A stretch of 59,253 nucleotides of DNA from a virus (taxonomy: Duplodnaviria; Caudoviricetes): IMG/VR virus record IMGVR_UViG_3300025889_000131, positions 1-59,253 of that record; one strand, given 5' to 3'. Position numbers and translations under genes: made by a program. The stretch's first letter is position 1. Each line of letters starts with the position of its first letter. A model generated the notes under the pieces. That model was not told the DNA's origin. It worked only from the letters and a program-made list of their open reading frames with translations, and ran no database searches. Below are positions 18,434 through 28,756 of the stretch, in pieces.

Positions 18434-19081
18434 TTAAAGGTTATTGATGAAATCCTCAAATGCTTGCATTTTTACTTCAGCAAGGTTTCTTTTACTTGCT
18501 TTTTTGACTTTGTTTTTGACCTTTTCAGATAGCCAAATCTTACGTTCTGTATCGTAATACCATTCCACTCCTTCCATTACACCTTCAACGAAGGCATTAG
18601 GAGCAGAAGGATCAGCAACAATATCACCCGCTGTTGCAAGTTGAAAATCTTTTTGTACTTCAGCAACGCCACGGTTATTTTTAAGTGTACCCATTCCACG
18701 TGAGGAAACACCAAGCTGACATTCTTCATCGATAAGATTTTTAACAATCTTACCCATCGGTGTATCCATAATTTTGGCTTTCCCGATGAAGTTGTTGCCT
18801 TCTTGTTTCAACTCAACGATTTTATGTGATACGCGATGCAGATTGATAACAGGTCCATCTGGGTGACCGAGTTCTCCGTAAGCCTTATTCTTGTTTACGC
18901 TTTCTTTGACATAACGATTGCATTCGTTTGCAAGAACATCTACTGGATACACACGTCCGTTTCTGTTCTTGATACCACCCTGCATAAAGATACCTTTGAT
19001 ATAGTAGTCTTTACCAGCGGTACCTTCTTTAGCCTCTGTGAGAATTTCTACATCTTCGATTGTTTCAGTGATTAGCTTCAT
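18434..19081 (-). CDS. gp21: Prohead protease gp21
   Basis: MKLITE, NRNGRVY, GELGHP, GVSSRGMG, DIVADPSAPNA. Confidence 0.97.
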   Translation of the reverse strand: MKLITETIEDVEILTEAKEGTAGKDYYIKGIFMQGGIKNRNGRVYPVDVLANECNRYVKESVNKNKAYGELGHPDGPVINLHRVSHKIVELKQEGNNFIGKAKIMDTPMGKIVKNLIDEECQLGVSSRGMGTLKNNRGVAEVQKDFQLATAGDIVADPSAPNAFVEGVMEGVEWYYDTERKIWLSEKVKNKVKKASKRNLAEVKMQAFEDFINNL

Positions 19082-19440
19082 GAAACAGAACCTTTCTTGT
19101 GAATCTTAAGTAATAGATTTCCGGTTCCATTAGCAAGAGTAAATACAACGTTTGCTGTACGGTCTCCAGTAGAAACTTCTATAGGTGTTCCTTCAAGTTG
19201 GAAATCAATACTTCCAGTTTGACCATAACACGTCCAAACAGTATTTGCACCACGAGCAATTGCCCATGAAGCATTATTTGATACATTCGACCAAATGGCT
19301 TTGGAGATAACCATTTCCGAAACAGTTTCTCCAGCGGCATTTGCTGGGTTTGTTCCACCGTTCAGATTAAGATATCCAGAAGCATCTGTACGAATTACAA
19401 TATAACCGCGTTTCTGATTTGATGTTGTCTGCTGAGCCAT
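19078..19440 (-). CDS. Hypothetical head-cluster protein (possible decoration protein)
   Basis: Beta-rich, Asn/Thr/Gly-rich; GGAG RBS; coupled to gp21. Confidence 0.65.
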   Translation of the reverse strand: MAQQTTSNQKRGYIVIRTDASGYLNLNGGTNPANAAGETVSEMVISKAIWSNVSNNASWAIARGANTVWTCYGQTGSIDFQLEGTPIEVSTGDRTANVVFTLANGTGNLLLKIHKKGSVS

Positions 19441-19450
19441 GTATTACTCC

Positions 19451-20080
19451 TTAAGAAGCAGAATCAGCGAAGTTCAGCATCTTCATAAATTCTGATTTAC
19501 CTTTACCAAGATTAGCCGCAAACTTTTTAGCATTAGCTGGTTTGAGTGCTTCATAAACATTCATAAGAATACTTGCTGATTTCTTATCGACACTCATCGA
19601 ACTTCCATTCTTGAATGTAATCTTTTGCTTTGACCCAGAAGAAACAATTTTCTTAAGTGTATCAATGACGTTGACTTCTTCCGTAATAAGTGTTTCTGCC
19701 GATTCCAGATTTTCTTCTTTGACTCCTTGAGCCTTTGTTGCATTACGATTTGCAGCCGTTTTAGACTGCTTCATATTTAGTTTTTTCATAAAGTTTGAAA
19801 TCTTTGGAGAACTACCCTGCTGATTGGGTTTGTGTTCACCTCCAGTAACTTTACGGTTTGGATCAACACTATCGTTGGAATTGACCGTACCTTTGAACTG
19901 ACTTCTTTCAGCATTAGGATGTTCGTTTTTCTCAACCTCATGCTTCTTTTTAAGTTCTTTTTCTTTTTTAGAAGAAGTTTCTTCTCCTTTGCCTTCATCG
20001 TCCGTTTGTTTGTTCGGAGTCAGATCATCAGCAGGAGAATTTCCTTTTGCTTCTGAAAATAGTTCACTGAAGGTTTTCAT
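19451..20080 (-). CDS. Prohead core protein gp68-like
   Basis: MKTFSELFSE start at 20080; Lys-rich; C-terminal I.F.NG....VD...A..L..VY..L...N...F pattern; position between gp67 and gp21. Confidence 0.65.
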   Translation of the reverse strand: MKTFSELFSEAKGNSPADDLTPNKQTDDEGKGEETSSKKEKELKKKHEVEKNEHPNAERSQFKGTVNSNDSVDPNRKVTGGEHKPNQQGSSPKISNFMKKLNMKQSKTAANRNATKAQGVKEENLESAETLITEEVNVIDTLKKIVSSGSKQKITFKNGSSMSVDKKSASILMNVYEALKPANAKKFAANLGKGKSEFMKMLNFADSAS

Positions 20081-20084
20081 TTGT

Positions 20085-20261
20085 TTAGTCCTCTGATTCT
20101 TCTTCGTTTGTAGATTCATCAAACAAAGATTGACCAATTTCAACGCGTTTTAGATCAACATATTCTTTAGCGTGATCATGAATTTTGTTTTCCACACCTC
20201 GCTTGAAATCATTAGTGCGACCTGCTACAAGATGGTCAATAAGTTCTCGGGAATTAGACAT
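20085..20261 (-). CDS. gp67: Prohead core protein gp67-like (58 aa; below ORF-track cutoff)
   Basis: MSNSRELIDHLVAGRTNDFKRGVENKIHDHAKEYVDLKRVEIGQSLFDESTNEEESED; follows a late promoter and GGAG RBS. Confidence 0.75.
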   Translation of the reverse strand: MSNSRELIDHLVAGRTNDFKRGVENKIHDHAKEYVDLKRVEIGQSLFDESTNEEESED

Positions 20262-20286
20262 AATTACTTCTCCGTCTGTTTACTAT

Positions 20287-20294
20287 TATTTATA
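20287..20294 (-). promoter_or_regulatory. Late promoter TATAAATA upstream of gp67
   Basis: Exact match, intergenic. Confidence 0.88.
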
Positions 20295-20307
20295 AAAGAG
20301 AATTCTT

Positions 20308-21543
20308 CTACCATTCTTCTCTAATACGAAAGATGCCTGCTACAGTTCCGGAACCACCATCAAGCGTCTGTACTGCAATTGTCACAGGTTGATTCTCAGG
20401 AATAGTGATAAACAGGCCACCTTTATCGGTTGATTCTGATGTTTGGTTTCTATTGGTCGACGAAGTAACAATTTCAGTGTAAATACAATGTCCATCAGTG
20501 ATTTCGTTGTTAGCAGTTATATCGAAAATTGTGGAAACCTCACTGTTTGCATGTAATGCGGGTACTTGAAAATTAGCAGTGTTTGAAATTGTTGAGTTAA
20601 CCATAACTCTAACGAGGATGTCTTTATTGACAGGAAACAGTTCAAAACCTTCAATCTTCTTAGCAATTGATCGGTCTTTCTCTGTATTTTTGCTTTGAGC
20701 ACTAAGCAAAGGTCTCAATGTACCATCTGTTCCTTTACTAGCAACATAATCAGAAACAATACGCGTATCTGGACTGAATGGACCAACAACTGAAAATTGA
20801 CGGCCGGCAACATACACTACATTGTTAGATGTAGAGTTGCCATTTGACAAGAGGACACCGATCGGAAGATTAGGAAACTTTAAGCTAGTCTGTTGTGAAG
20901 GTTTATATACATGACAGATAATTTTACGCTGCCGTAATGTGCTAGGATCCTGAATAACTACACCCCATTCAACCACACCATACCCATACCACGTAAAATC
21001 AATGTGATAAATGTTCCCAGTATTCAAGTCCAGTTGATATCCGGATGGTCCAGTCCCATCAAGTCTATCTAAATTCCAAGCTGTTTGATATGTTTTTTCA
21101 ACAGCAATACCATCTCGTGTAACCTTAACGTAAGTTCCTCCAGAATCTCTTCCGAACACAAGACCATTTTCAGGTTCAATTCCCGTTTCTTGGTGTTCAT
21201 ATCCCCACTCAAGATACGCACCGTTTGTAAACTGTGGATCTGCGTTTGCAAAACGGATACCAACACCAACCTGTGCACCGTATCCAGGCATATAACGTCC
21301 ACGTTCTGCCGTATGTAACTCAACAACACTATTAGCTGTACTTCCTGTATATAAAACAATTTCTGCTGTATTACCATCAACAGCATTTGCTGTACCTGTT
21401 TTTTCAACAATGTCTCGAATAGCACTGACTCCTTTGAATGGAATCACCTCAAGAATTGGTGTTCGCTGGACAACGTGAATTTCATCATAACCAGAAACTT
21501 GTTCATGGTCGATTAAAACTCTATTATTGAATGTGTATGACAT
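20308..21543 (-). CDS. Putative virion structural protein (beta-rich)
   Basis: RY.PG, WNLDRLDGTGPSG, IDFTWYGYG motifs; translationally coupled to the collagen gene. Confidence 0.6.
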   Translation of the reverse strand: MSYTFNNRVLIDHEQVSGYDEIHVVQRTPILEVIPFKGVSAIRDIVEKTGTANAVDGNTAEIVLYTGSTANSVVELHTAERGRYMPGYGAQVGVGIRFANADPQFTNGAYLEWGYEHQETGIEPENGLVFGRDSGGTYVKVTRDGIAVEKTYQTAWNLDRLDGTGPSGYQLDLNTGNIYHIDFTWYGYGVVEWGVVIQDPSTLRQRKIICHVYKPSQQTSLKFPNLPIGVLLSNGNSTSNNVVYVAGRQFSVVGPFSPDTRIVSDYVASKGTDGTLRPLLSAQSKNTEKDRSIAKKIEGFELFPVNKDILVRVMVNSTISNTANFQVPALHANSEVSTIFDITANNEITDGHCIYTEIVTSSTNRNQTSESTDKGGLFITIPENQPVTIAVQTLDGGSGTVAGIFRIREEW

Positions 21544-22668
21544 TTAGATTATGCTCCATTCCACGCCATCATAAACCATCAAGATAGACGCGTTGTTAAG
21601 TTGAAGTTTGTAAAATGCTGCACTGTCAACCCCATCAGTTGGTGTTACTGTAATTGGGTTGTTAACCGCATTTCCTGATGCATCTTTGATATGAACCTTT
21701 GTTCCAATTTCGAAGTTTCCTCCGATAGAAAGTGCTGTATTGTTTGTTGGATTATTGACCTTTACTAAACATTCGGCTGTCGTGAAAGATGTGTTTGATA
21801 ATGTATATGTATTAGATGTTACATCAATTCTAGTGAACAAAACTCTATTTAAATTCTGATGTCTGTATTTCTGAATATTAGAATCAAAAATAAGAGCAGC
21901 ATTATTTGCAATTTCACTAAGAGGTAGATAGTTTAGATCATCATTTTGATGTAAATTGACAGATCCGCCTCCACCACCAGAAGATATAACACCTTGACGA
22001 ACAGATTTTTTTAACTCATTGAAGTCTTTTTCGAATTGTTTGATAATTGGAGCGACATTCGCACTTGCTCCAGGATCTCCCTTTGGGCCTCTGGGTCCAG
22101 TTTTACCAGGAGTTCCAGAATCTCCCTTGTCACCCTTTGGGCCTCTGGGTCCAGTTTTACCTGGGTCTCCCTTGTCACCTTTTGGACCTCTAGGTCCTGT
22201 TTTTCCAGGAGGTCCAGGTAATCCTCTATCGCCGTCATTGCCTTTTTCGCCTTTGAGCCCACGTTCGCCACGATCACCTTTGAGTCCGCGTTCGCCACGA
22301 TCACCTTTTGGTCCTTGTTTACCATCACGACCTGGTTCTCCTTGAGGACCGGATTCGCCACGATCTCCATCCCGGCCAGGGTCACCTTTTTCTCCGGGTT
22401 CTCCTTTTTCTCCTTGAGGACCAATTTCTCCTTGGGGCCCCTGTTCTCCGTCTTTTCCATCTCTTCCAGGATTCCCCTGTGGTCCTTGAGGACCTCTTTC
22501 ACCAATCGGTCCCTGCTTTCCTTGCTCACCTCTATCACCCTTTTCTCCTTTTGGTCTTTCAATAACCTTAATTTCGGAAAGAATTTCAGCTTTGATCTGT
22601 TTAGATTTTTTCTCAACAATAGCAATCATTGCTGCTAAAGTTGGAGCATTTTCCAGAAGATTTTTCAT
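21544..22668 (-). CDS. Collagen triple-helix fibre protein
   Basis: 54 uninterrupted Gly-X-Y triplets (aa 41-202), then a coiled coil, a G5 linker and a beta-rich C-terminal domain. Confidence 0.9.
   Translation of the reverse strand: MKNLLENAPTLAAMIAIVEKKSKQIKAEILSEIKVIERPKGEKGDRGEQGKQGPIGERGPQGPQGNPGRDGKDGEQGPQGEIGPQGEKGEPGEKGDPGRDGDRGESGPQGEPGRDGKQGPKGDRGERGLKGDRGERGLKGEKGNDGDRGLPGPPGKTGPRGPKGDKGDPGKTGPRGPKGDKGDSGTPGKTGPRGPKGDPGASANVAPIIKQFEKDFNELKKSVRQGVISSGGGGGSVNLHQNDDLNYLPLSEIANNAALIFDSNIQKYRHQNLNRVLFTRIDVTSNTYTLSNTSFTTAECLVKVNNPTNNTALSIGGNFEIGTKVHIKDASGNAVNNPITVTPTDGVDSAAFYKLQLNNASILMVYDGVEWSII
22063..22548 (-). repeat. Gly-X-Y collagen repeat region with internal DNA duplications
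   Basis: [11 protein letters not shown] occurs three times and KGDRGERGL twice, with near-identical DNA. Confidence 0.9.
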
Positions 22669-22671
22669 TTT

Positions 22672-24447
22672 TTACTCCGCAATAGGAGCTGTATTTCCAT
22701 GATCCACAATGTGATTGAGATCTCCGTCAAAATACTTTGTCATACTCTTAATCAGTTTCTTTTCATCTTCTGTTAATTCTTTAGGAGGAATGAATTCTTC
22801 TTTTTTATTGTCTTCATCCTCTTCGTCTGGAACAGGAGTCGGTGTGTTATTCGCGAATGGATTTTCCTTTTTCTTTGGAGGAAACCCTCCGAAATCATTA
22901 CCATCATCATCTTGCTGACCAAATGCTGAATTGTCTTCTTGATCGAATGGATCCTGAATTTCTCCAGATGACTTTTCTTTCTCAATACGTTCTTTTTCTA
23001 TTTTAATTTCTTCATCTGTCATTCTAAGAATTTTCTTACGTGCATACTCCATCGAGAAGTATTTACCAACAAACTGATCAACTTCTCCAAGCAAACCAAT
23101 ACGATCACGAAGAATTTCTGTCTCTTTAAGTTCTACATATTCGTTATCTGTTGCAAAGTCATATGTGATAAACTCTTTGATTTTACGAAAATCATTGCGA
23201 TGCATAATACCGCGAAGTGCAAGATGAATTTCTAACAGTTCATCAAATAGAATTGCAAATCGATTACGGAGTCTTTTAACAAACTTCGTAAATTTGACTT
23301 CGTCTCTATCAATTTCTTGTGAACGACCAATATTAAACGTGTTCTCTGATTCCATACGTGAAATAGGAACATTCAACGCTTTATAAAGTCTACGGCGAAA
23401 ATAATCGACATCTTCCATTTCACCAAGATTTTGTCCACCTTCAAGAGTACTGATTTCAGTTCCTCTTCCACCTTCACGTCGAGGCAACCAGAAATCTTCA
23501 AGCATATTCATATACTTGCGATCATCTCTGATTTCGCCTGTATTAGCATCATACACGACTTTATTCTTGTAGCGCACCATCATGTCGCGAAGATGTTGTT
23601 CAGCTTTGATCTTTGGGAGGTTACCAACATCAATGTAGAATACTCTACGCTCAGGCGCACGAGAGATACGATAAATAACAACCGCATCTTCAAGCATTCT
23701 TAACTGATTGATTGGCTTAATAGCTTTGTGAATATTAGAAAGAACTAATGTATTTGTTTCGTCAAAGATACCAGATGTTGTATAGATAACACTGTCTTTT
23801 GAAAGTTTGACACCCTTTTCTCCAGATGAATTGATGAATCCATCCTTATTGAAAAGATAATACTGACGATATCCTTTGATGATTTCGGCGCTAGTACGTG
23901 GATCTTTTTCTTTGACTCCTTCTTTGACCTTCTTGATTTTACGAGGGTCAATCATTCGGAGTTGACGAATGCCTTTACGTGAGTTCTTCTTATCAATGAG
24001 AATATGATAATATAGACGGCCATCGACATACCATCTCTTGAAGATTTCATAACCTTCATTGGAGAAATTAAGCACTGACAATAGATAATCAAATTCTTTT
24101 CGAATTTTTTCTTTGATTGAGTCGTCTAAAGATTCAAGCTTATCAAGAACAATAGACACAGATTGGTCATCACTATCAATAGTGATTGCTTCGTTGACGA
24201 TGTCTTGAATAGCTACATCTGGTTCTGGTTGAGCAGCGAGATTACGATATTTTGTAATAAGTTGTGCTTCATTCTTGAACTTACCTTCGAAATCAACATA
24301 AGATCCGAAAGCCTGTCCTGAAACACCAATTCCAGAAGAAATTTCAATTGCACCATCTTCTTCTTTGGGCACAATTGACGGAGTAAGATCTTCACTCTTA
24401 TTCGTTTTTTTCTCGATTTTCCAACCAAGCAACTCAAAGCCGGCCAT
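22672..24447 (-). CDS. gp20: Portal protein gp20 with extended acidic C-terminus
   Basis: WYVDGR, NQLRMLEDAVVIYRISRAPERRVFYIDVGNLPK, EDFWLPRREGGRGTEI. Confidence 0.98.
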   Translation of the reverse strand: MAGFELLGWKIEKKTNKSEDLTPSIVPKEEDGAIEISSGIGVSGQAFGSYVDFEGKFKNEAQLITKYRNLAAQPEPDVAIQDIVNEAITIDSDDQSVSIVLDKLESLDDSIKEKIRKEFDYLLSVLNFSNEGYEIFKRWYVDGRLYYHILIDKKNSRKGIRQLRMIDPRKIKKVKEGVKEKDPRTSAEIIKGYRQYYLFNKDGFINSSGEKGVKLSKDSVIYTTSGIFDETNTLVLSNIHKAIKPINQLRMLEDAVVIYRISRAPERRVFYIDVGNLPKIKAEQHLRDMMVRYKNKVVYDANTGEIRDDRKYMNMLEDFWLPRREGGRGTEISTLEGGQNLGEMEDVDYFRRRLYKALNVPISRMESENTFNIGRSQEIDRDEVKFTKFVKRLRNRFAILFDELLEIHLALRGIMHRNDFRKIKEFITYDFATDNEYVELKETEILRDRIGLLGEVDQFVGKYFSMEYARKKILRMTDEEIKIEKERIEKEKSSGEIQDPFDQEDNSAFGQQDDDGNDFGGFPPKKKENPFANNTPTPVPDEEDEDNKKEEFIPPKELTEDEKKLIKSMTKYFDGDLNHIVDHGNTAPIAE

Positions 24448-24489
24448 AAGAACTCCTTTTCATTATAAAGCTATATATTGCTTGGAGAG

Positions 24490-25041
24490 TTAGGAACCTC
24501 CAGCGTTTCCTGTGACACCACCAATAACTTTCCAGTAATCATAGACGAATGTGCACTGGAATTCTTCGACTGTATCTCCACCTTCCCAATTCAGTTCAAT
24601 TGGTGAAATGGTCTGTGGGAACATTCCTATAAATTGATACGTACGAAGAGCAGTACCATCTTTACCGAAGTGAGTTACTGTTGCTTGTGATTTGTACTGA
24701 ACCTGAGAAGAACTTCCGGTTGTTCGAAGGTTGCCCTCAAAGCTGTTGATCGCATTTGACCATTCTTCAAGTGCATTTCGAATAGCGAAGTCTTCGTCAT
24801 TGAGAATTGTTACTTCCCATTCGGCGAATGTTCTGTTACCAGCAAGTTTGATTTCGCGACCAAAGTATTTTACTGGAATAACTCCAAGTTCTGCTCCTGG
24901 AATAGCAGCGGCTCGACAAAGTAGAGGTACTTTAACATCTGCAGTTCCATTGATAGGATTCTGAATCTCTACCTGGAAGAGAGAATTGCGAGCACCGCCA
25001 GCGGCAAGTCCTGCTGAAAACTCGTTAACATTGAAAGACAT
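24490..25041 (-). CDS. gp19: Tail tube gp19
   Basis: GGAR..LF.V, GR.IKLAGNRTF..W..T..NDEDF.IR...E.W. Confidence 0.96.
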   Translation of the reverse strand: MSFNVNEFSAGLAAGGARNSLFQVEIQNPINGTADVKVPLLCRAAAIPGAELGVIPVKYFGREIKLAGNRTFAEWEVTILNDEDFAIRNALEEWSNAINSFEGNLRTTGSSSQVQYKSQATVTHFGKDGTALRTYQFIGMFPQTISPIELNWEGGDTVEEFQCTFVYDYWKVIGGVTGNAGGS

Positions 25042-25059
25042 TATGCTTTACTCCTTTTC

Positions 25060-27006
25060 TTAGAACGAGCCAACTACTTCAGTGAATTCAACGCCAGTGC
25101 GGACTCCAATAAAGTTCAGTTTAATGAAGTTGATTGAACGTGTCGGTTTGATGTAAATATCACAGACAAATTCGTTTCTGTCAATTACTTCGCCTGTATT
25201 ATTTGTTCCGTCACAAACAACTACAAAGTCCGTAATACCTCTGCGTCCCTGTACGTCGCGCAAGAACGGTTCTACAAGATTGCGGAACTGAGTTCTTGTT
25301 GTGTCGTCATTCTGTTCAAACAACGTGAAGTTAGCTGCAAGTTCAATTGCTTTTTCAAGTGTAATAAACAGACGACGTACGTTGATTCGATCAAAGGCAC
25401 TTGGATTAGACAACATTGTCTTATCTCCAAGAAGAACAGTTCCCTGGCCAGCCTCTGAAACAACGGGATTGATTCCGTTTTTGTAAAGCTGATCACGATG
25501 TGACTTTTTAGGATTGTATGCAAGACGCTTAACGTTCTTGATGTTTCCTCTATTGTAGCCAGCAGGTGAGAACCATGGATCTCTAACCGCATCTGTACGA
25601 ACCATTAGGCCGCCAATATCTCCGTTTAGAGGTATGTAACGATCGACATCATTGTACTTATCGTACTGCAATTTCCAACCACTGTCCATGACTGCGTATG
25701 AAGTTGACGGCAGCAGATTGCGATATGTGATAATATCGTCCATTTGAGCTGTTTCGTACGCGTCATTTCCAACAACATCTGCTTGTCTCGGTGAGATACA
25801 TGCTACACAGTCCTTGCGAACTTCGGCAATGTTATTGATAATATGTAATGCACGAGTCTGATTTGCACCAGCACCAAGCAAGATAGAAACGTCAATTTCT
25901 TTCTTATCGTTGAATTTATCCCATCCAGTATTGTAATTAGAGTCAGAAGGTGTTACACCATCTTTACCCCAAACAAAACTTGTCGTATCTGGAGTTGCAG
26001 GACCAGTGAATGTAAATGAAGCCTTCGATCCGAAATTTGTTGTCCCAGAAGGATGACCTGTCCACCAAGCCCATTCAGATCTACGATTGATTGCATCTTT
26101 ATAGTAATTTGTTGATCCGTCAGGTGCTTTTGCATCAGATGCAGCAGACAGCCCTTCGAAGATTTCAAGAATTTCACCACGTGTTCCTGTGATTTCGCCA
26201 TCCTCGTCGACGATAGCAAGGTGAAGTTCATCACCACTACCACCAACTGTATTAGCATAATCTGTAGTTCCGGGTGCTTTCTTGACGTAATCGTAGTATT
26301 CCCAGCGGCGTTCAATACTTGCAGATCCACTTGTGTGATTTGAGTTTGAAGAAGCAGCCGCAGTCGTGTTACCAGTATACTTACTTGATAGTATCAAATA
26401 CGTTGCGTTTGTAACAGCGGATACTTTAACAACTTCTTTATCTTGACCAGCAACAAGCAAGTCACCAGATACAAGTTCATTGGCAAAATCAGTACCCAAC
26501 CCAGTTACGACAGTACTGTTAGAAGTAAAAGTCAAGTTACCAGAAAGAGTACTTGAATAAGCATTACCAGTCAAGCATAATGAATACTTGAGAGAATTAC
26601 CAAGTTCTCCTGGATACTTAGCAACAAGAGGACCAACACCAGAAATTCCAGAGCTGTAATTGTCGTCGTAATCGTTATCTGATTTGATTAATGTTTTTAC
26701 AGTATTGGCAGACGCCGTAATAGCATTTTGAGCATTTGCGCCACTTTCCTCAACTACACGGACAGTATATAACTGATTTCCATAAGCTAGGAAGTTAGCT
26801 CCAGTGAAGAAATCAACATATGTATTAGCATTCGGTTCGCGAAATGTATTTACCAATCCATTTTCATCAGAAATCAAAATTGGTTTCTGAACCGGACCCC
26901 AACGAAAGTGCCCAACCAATGCTCCTGTACTAGTAGAAACATTTGGAACTGACGTTGTAAGATCGCGTTCGCTGATTGTGATGCCTGGAGAAACCTGCAG
27001 AGCCAT
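25060..27006 (-). CDS. gp18: Tail sheath gp18
   Basis: SPGI...E.D, F.WGP, PWFSPAG.NRG, SAFDRINVRRLF, IKP.RSINFI.LNF. Confidence 0.98.
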   Translation of the reverse strand: MALQVSPGITISERDLTTSVPNVSTSTGALVGHFRWGPVQKPILISDENGLVNTFREPNANTYVDFFTGANFLAYGNQLYTVRVVEESGANAQNAITASANTVKTLIKSDNDYDDNYSSGISGVGPLVAKYPGELGNSLKYSLCLTGNAYSSTLSGNLTFTSNSTVVTGLGTDFANELVSGDLLVAGQDKEVVKVSAVTNATYLILSSKYTGNTTAAASSNSNHTSGSASIERRWEYYDYVKKAPGTTDYANTVGGSGDELHLAIVDEDGEITGTRGEILEIFEGLSAASDAKAPDGSTNYYKDAINRRSEWAWWTGHPSGTTNFGSKASFTFTGPATPDTTSFVWGKDGVTPSDSNYNTGWDKFNDKKEIDVSILLGAGANQTRALHIINNIAEVRKDCVACISPRQADVVGNDAYETAQMDDIITYRNLLPSTSYAVMDSGWKLQYDKYNDVDRYIPLNGDIGGLMVRTDAVRDPWFSPAGYNRGNIKNVKRLAYNPKKSHRDQLYKNGINPVVSEAGQGTVLLGDKTMLSNPSAFDRINVRRLFITLEKAIELAANFTLFEQNDDTTRTQFRNLVEPFLRDVQGRRGITDFVVVCDGTNNTGEVIDRNEFVCDIYIKPTRSINFIKLNFIGVRTGVEFTEVVGSF

Positions 27007-27045
27007 CTTATGATCTCCTTGTTAAAAATAAAATTCGTTTCATAT

Positions 27046-27053
27046 TATTTATA
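27046..27053 (-). promoter_or_regulatory. Late promoter TATAAATA upstream of gp18
   Basis: Exact match, intergenic. Confidence 0.88.
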
Positions 27054-27065
27054 AAAACGGAATTC

Positions 27066-28697
27066 TTAGTATCTACCGTCAAAGTCCCAGCGAGCACCAT
27101 ACTTATCCATGAACTCTTCCTGCTCATCTTTCTGTTCAAAGTAATCGACTCCATCGTCGATAATACCAAATGGCATAAGATCTTCTTCGATAAGACGTTC
27201 GTTGTCTTTCTGAAACTGTGCTCTAAAGTCAGTATTTGTTATTTCTTTGAAGTATTCCTGCTTAACAAGCCAAGAGAATAAAACAAGACACATAACCAAG
27301 TCATCAGTTCCAGTATCAGCTTCATAAGAATCTTTAATAGAAACAAAATTAGACAGTTCAGTGATAGTATCAAAGTCCTGAATGATCAGCTTGTCTCCTT
27401 CAATCAAATCTTTTAAAGTTGAACAACCAATACGTTTAACCTGTTTAGTTGTACGAACACCTTTAGATACATTTGCTCCAAAACCAGATCCAATTTTTTG
27501 GCCACTGCGGCCGCGCATGGTTGTCATAAGAATGTTTTCGTATTCGTAGTCGTAATGAAGAATGTCTGCTACCTGCTCACCAATATCATTGACTTCTACA
27601 AGTACATATGCTTGGTTGTATTTGTAGCATGTGCTGTAAATAATTTCAGGATAGAGAGATGGTGAAATCTTATTACTTCTATATCGTGCAACCATTTTAT
27701 ACGGCATTTCTGTAATATCAATAACCGTAAATGCAGAATTATCTAAATGGACACCTCTCGAAACATCGACAACAGTTACGTATTCATGTCCTTTGATTGG
27801 ATCTTCAAAAATAGCAAGATGTTCATTGGGATACTTGGGTTTTACCCACGGCAGGTTTTGCAGTTTTTTAGGACTAATGAGAGTATTAGTACTTCCAAGA
27901 AACTCAACCTCAAACTCTTGTCTAAACTGTTCTTCGCTTGTGTTCGCAATTGTTTCTTCTTTCCAAGCCTCATCACGTCCTGGAACATCTGACCAATGTA
28001 CATCGATTGGAATATAGTTATTGTTTCTCTCAACAGCATTGGTATAAATTTTATAGAAGTGATTCATTCCTTTTGGAGTAGAAACGATAATAATCTTTGT
28101 CGTTTTACCAGAAGAAATTGTGGGATACACGGATGCGAAGAATTCTTCTGCGATATTGTCTCCAATAAACGCAAACTCGTCAAGGAAAATTAAATTGTAT
28201 GATCCACCACGAATAGCGTCGGACGACGTGGCCGCAGCAATAACTTTACTCTGGTTTTCAAGTTCAATACTTCCTTTATTCCATTCGACAACACCTTGCT
28301 GAATCCATTTTGGAAGATACTGATAAGCTAGTCGAATTTTACCAAGAAGATCTTGTGCTAATCTCTCTTTGTTAGCCAGAATAGCAATATTCTGATCACC
28401 GTGAAACAGAACTACCCAAAGAATATAGCCAGTAACAGTTACAGACTTTCCAGCCTGCCGTGGAAGTTTACAGATAACAAAACGGTTGTCTTTGAAAGTA
28501 TGTACCATTTTTTTCTGGTATTCATACATACGAAAAGGAACAAGCCCATGGTCAACGTTAATAATCTTAACATAGTTCTCAATAAAGTATTCCGGATCTT
28601 GAACACATTTGATATACTCTTGCATCTGCTCACGTGTATACTCAACATCTACGTTGACAGCTTTAAGATTTTTATTTCTTAGGTATGTATCTGCCAT
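27066..28697 (-). CDS. gp17: Terminase large subunit gp17
   Basis: PRQAGKS, LDEFAF, STPKG.NHFY, VDVSRG, DDLVM; no intein or intron evident. Confidence 0.98.
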   Translation of the reverse strand: MADTYLRNKNLKAVNVDVEYTREQMQEYIKCVQDPEYFIENYVKIINVDHGLVPFRMYEYQKKMVHTFKDNRFVICKLPRQAGKSVTVTGYILWVVLFHGDQNIAILANKERLAQDLLGKIRLAYQYLPKWIQQGVVEWNKGSIELENQSKVIAAATSSDAIRGGSYNLIFLDEFAFIGDNIAEEFFASVYPTISSGKTTKIIIVSTPKGMNHFYKIYTNAVERNNNYIPIDVHWSDVPGRDEAWKEETIANTSEEQFRQEFEVEFLGSTNTLISPKKLQNLPWVKPKYPNEHLAIFEDPIKGHEYVTVVDVSRGVHLDNSAFTVIDITEMPYKMVARYRSNKISPSLYPEIIYSTCYKYNQAYVLVEVNDIGEQVADILHYDYEYENILMTTMRGRSGQKIGSGFGANVSKGVRTTKQVKRIGCSTLKDLIEGDKLIIQDFDTITELSNFVSIKDSYEADTGTDDLVMCLVLFSWLVKQEYFKEITNTDFRAQFQKDNERLIEEDLMPFGIIDDGVDYFEQKDEQEEFMDKYGARWDFDGRY

Positions 28698-28704
28698 TTT
28701 TCTA

Positions 28705-28733
28705 TTGACATCCGTTCATTTTGATGTTAGATT
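28705..28733 (+). promoter_or_regulatory. Sigma70-like promoter TTGACA-N17-(TGn)TAGATT, antisense to gp16
   Basis: -35 at 28705-28710, -10 at 28728-28733, in the gp16/gp17 gap. Confidence 0.45.
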
Positions 28734-28756
28734 AGTATCTGTCCGGTTCGATAATA

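Noticed and set aside
22019-22345. Pro/Gly-rich plus-strand ORF (and a similar poly-Pro ORF at 35698..35904)
   Set aside because: Reverse-complement artefacts of collagen and poly-Gly codons
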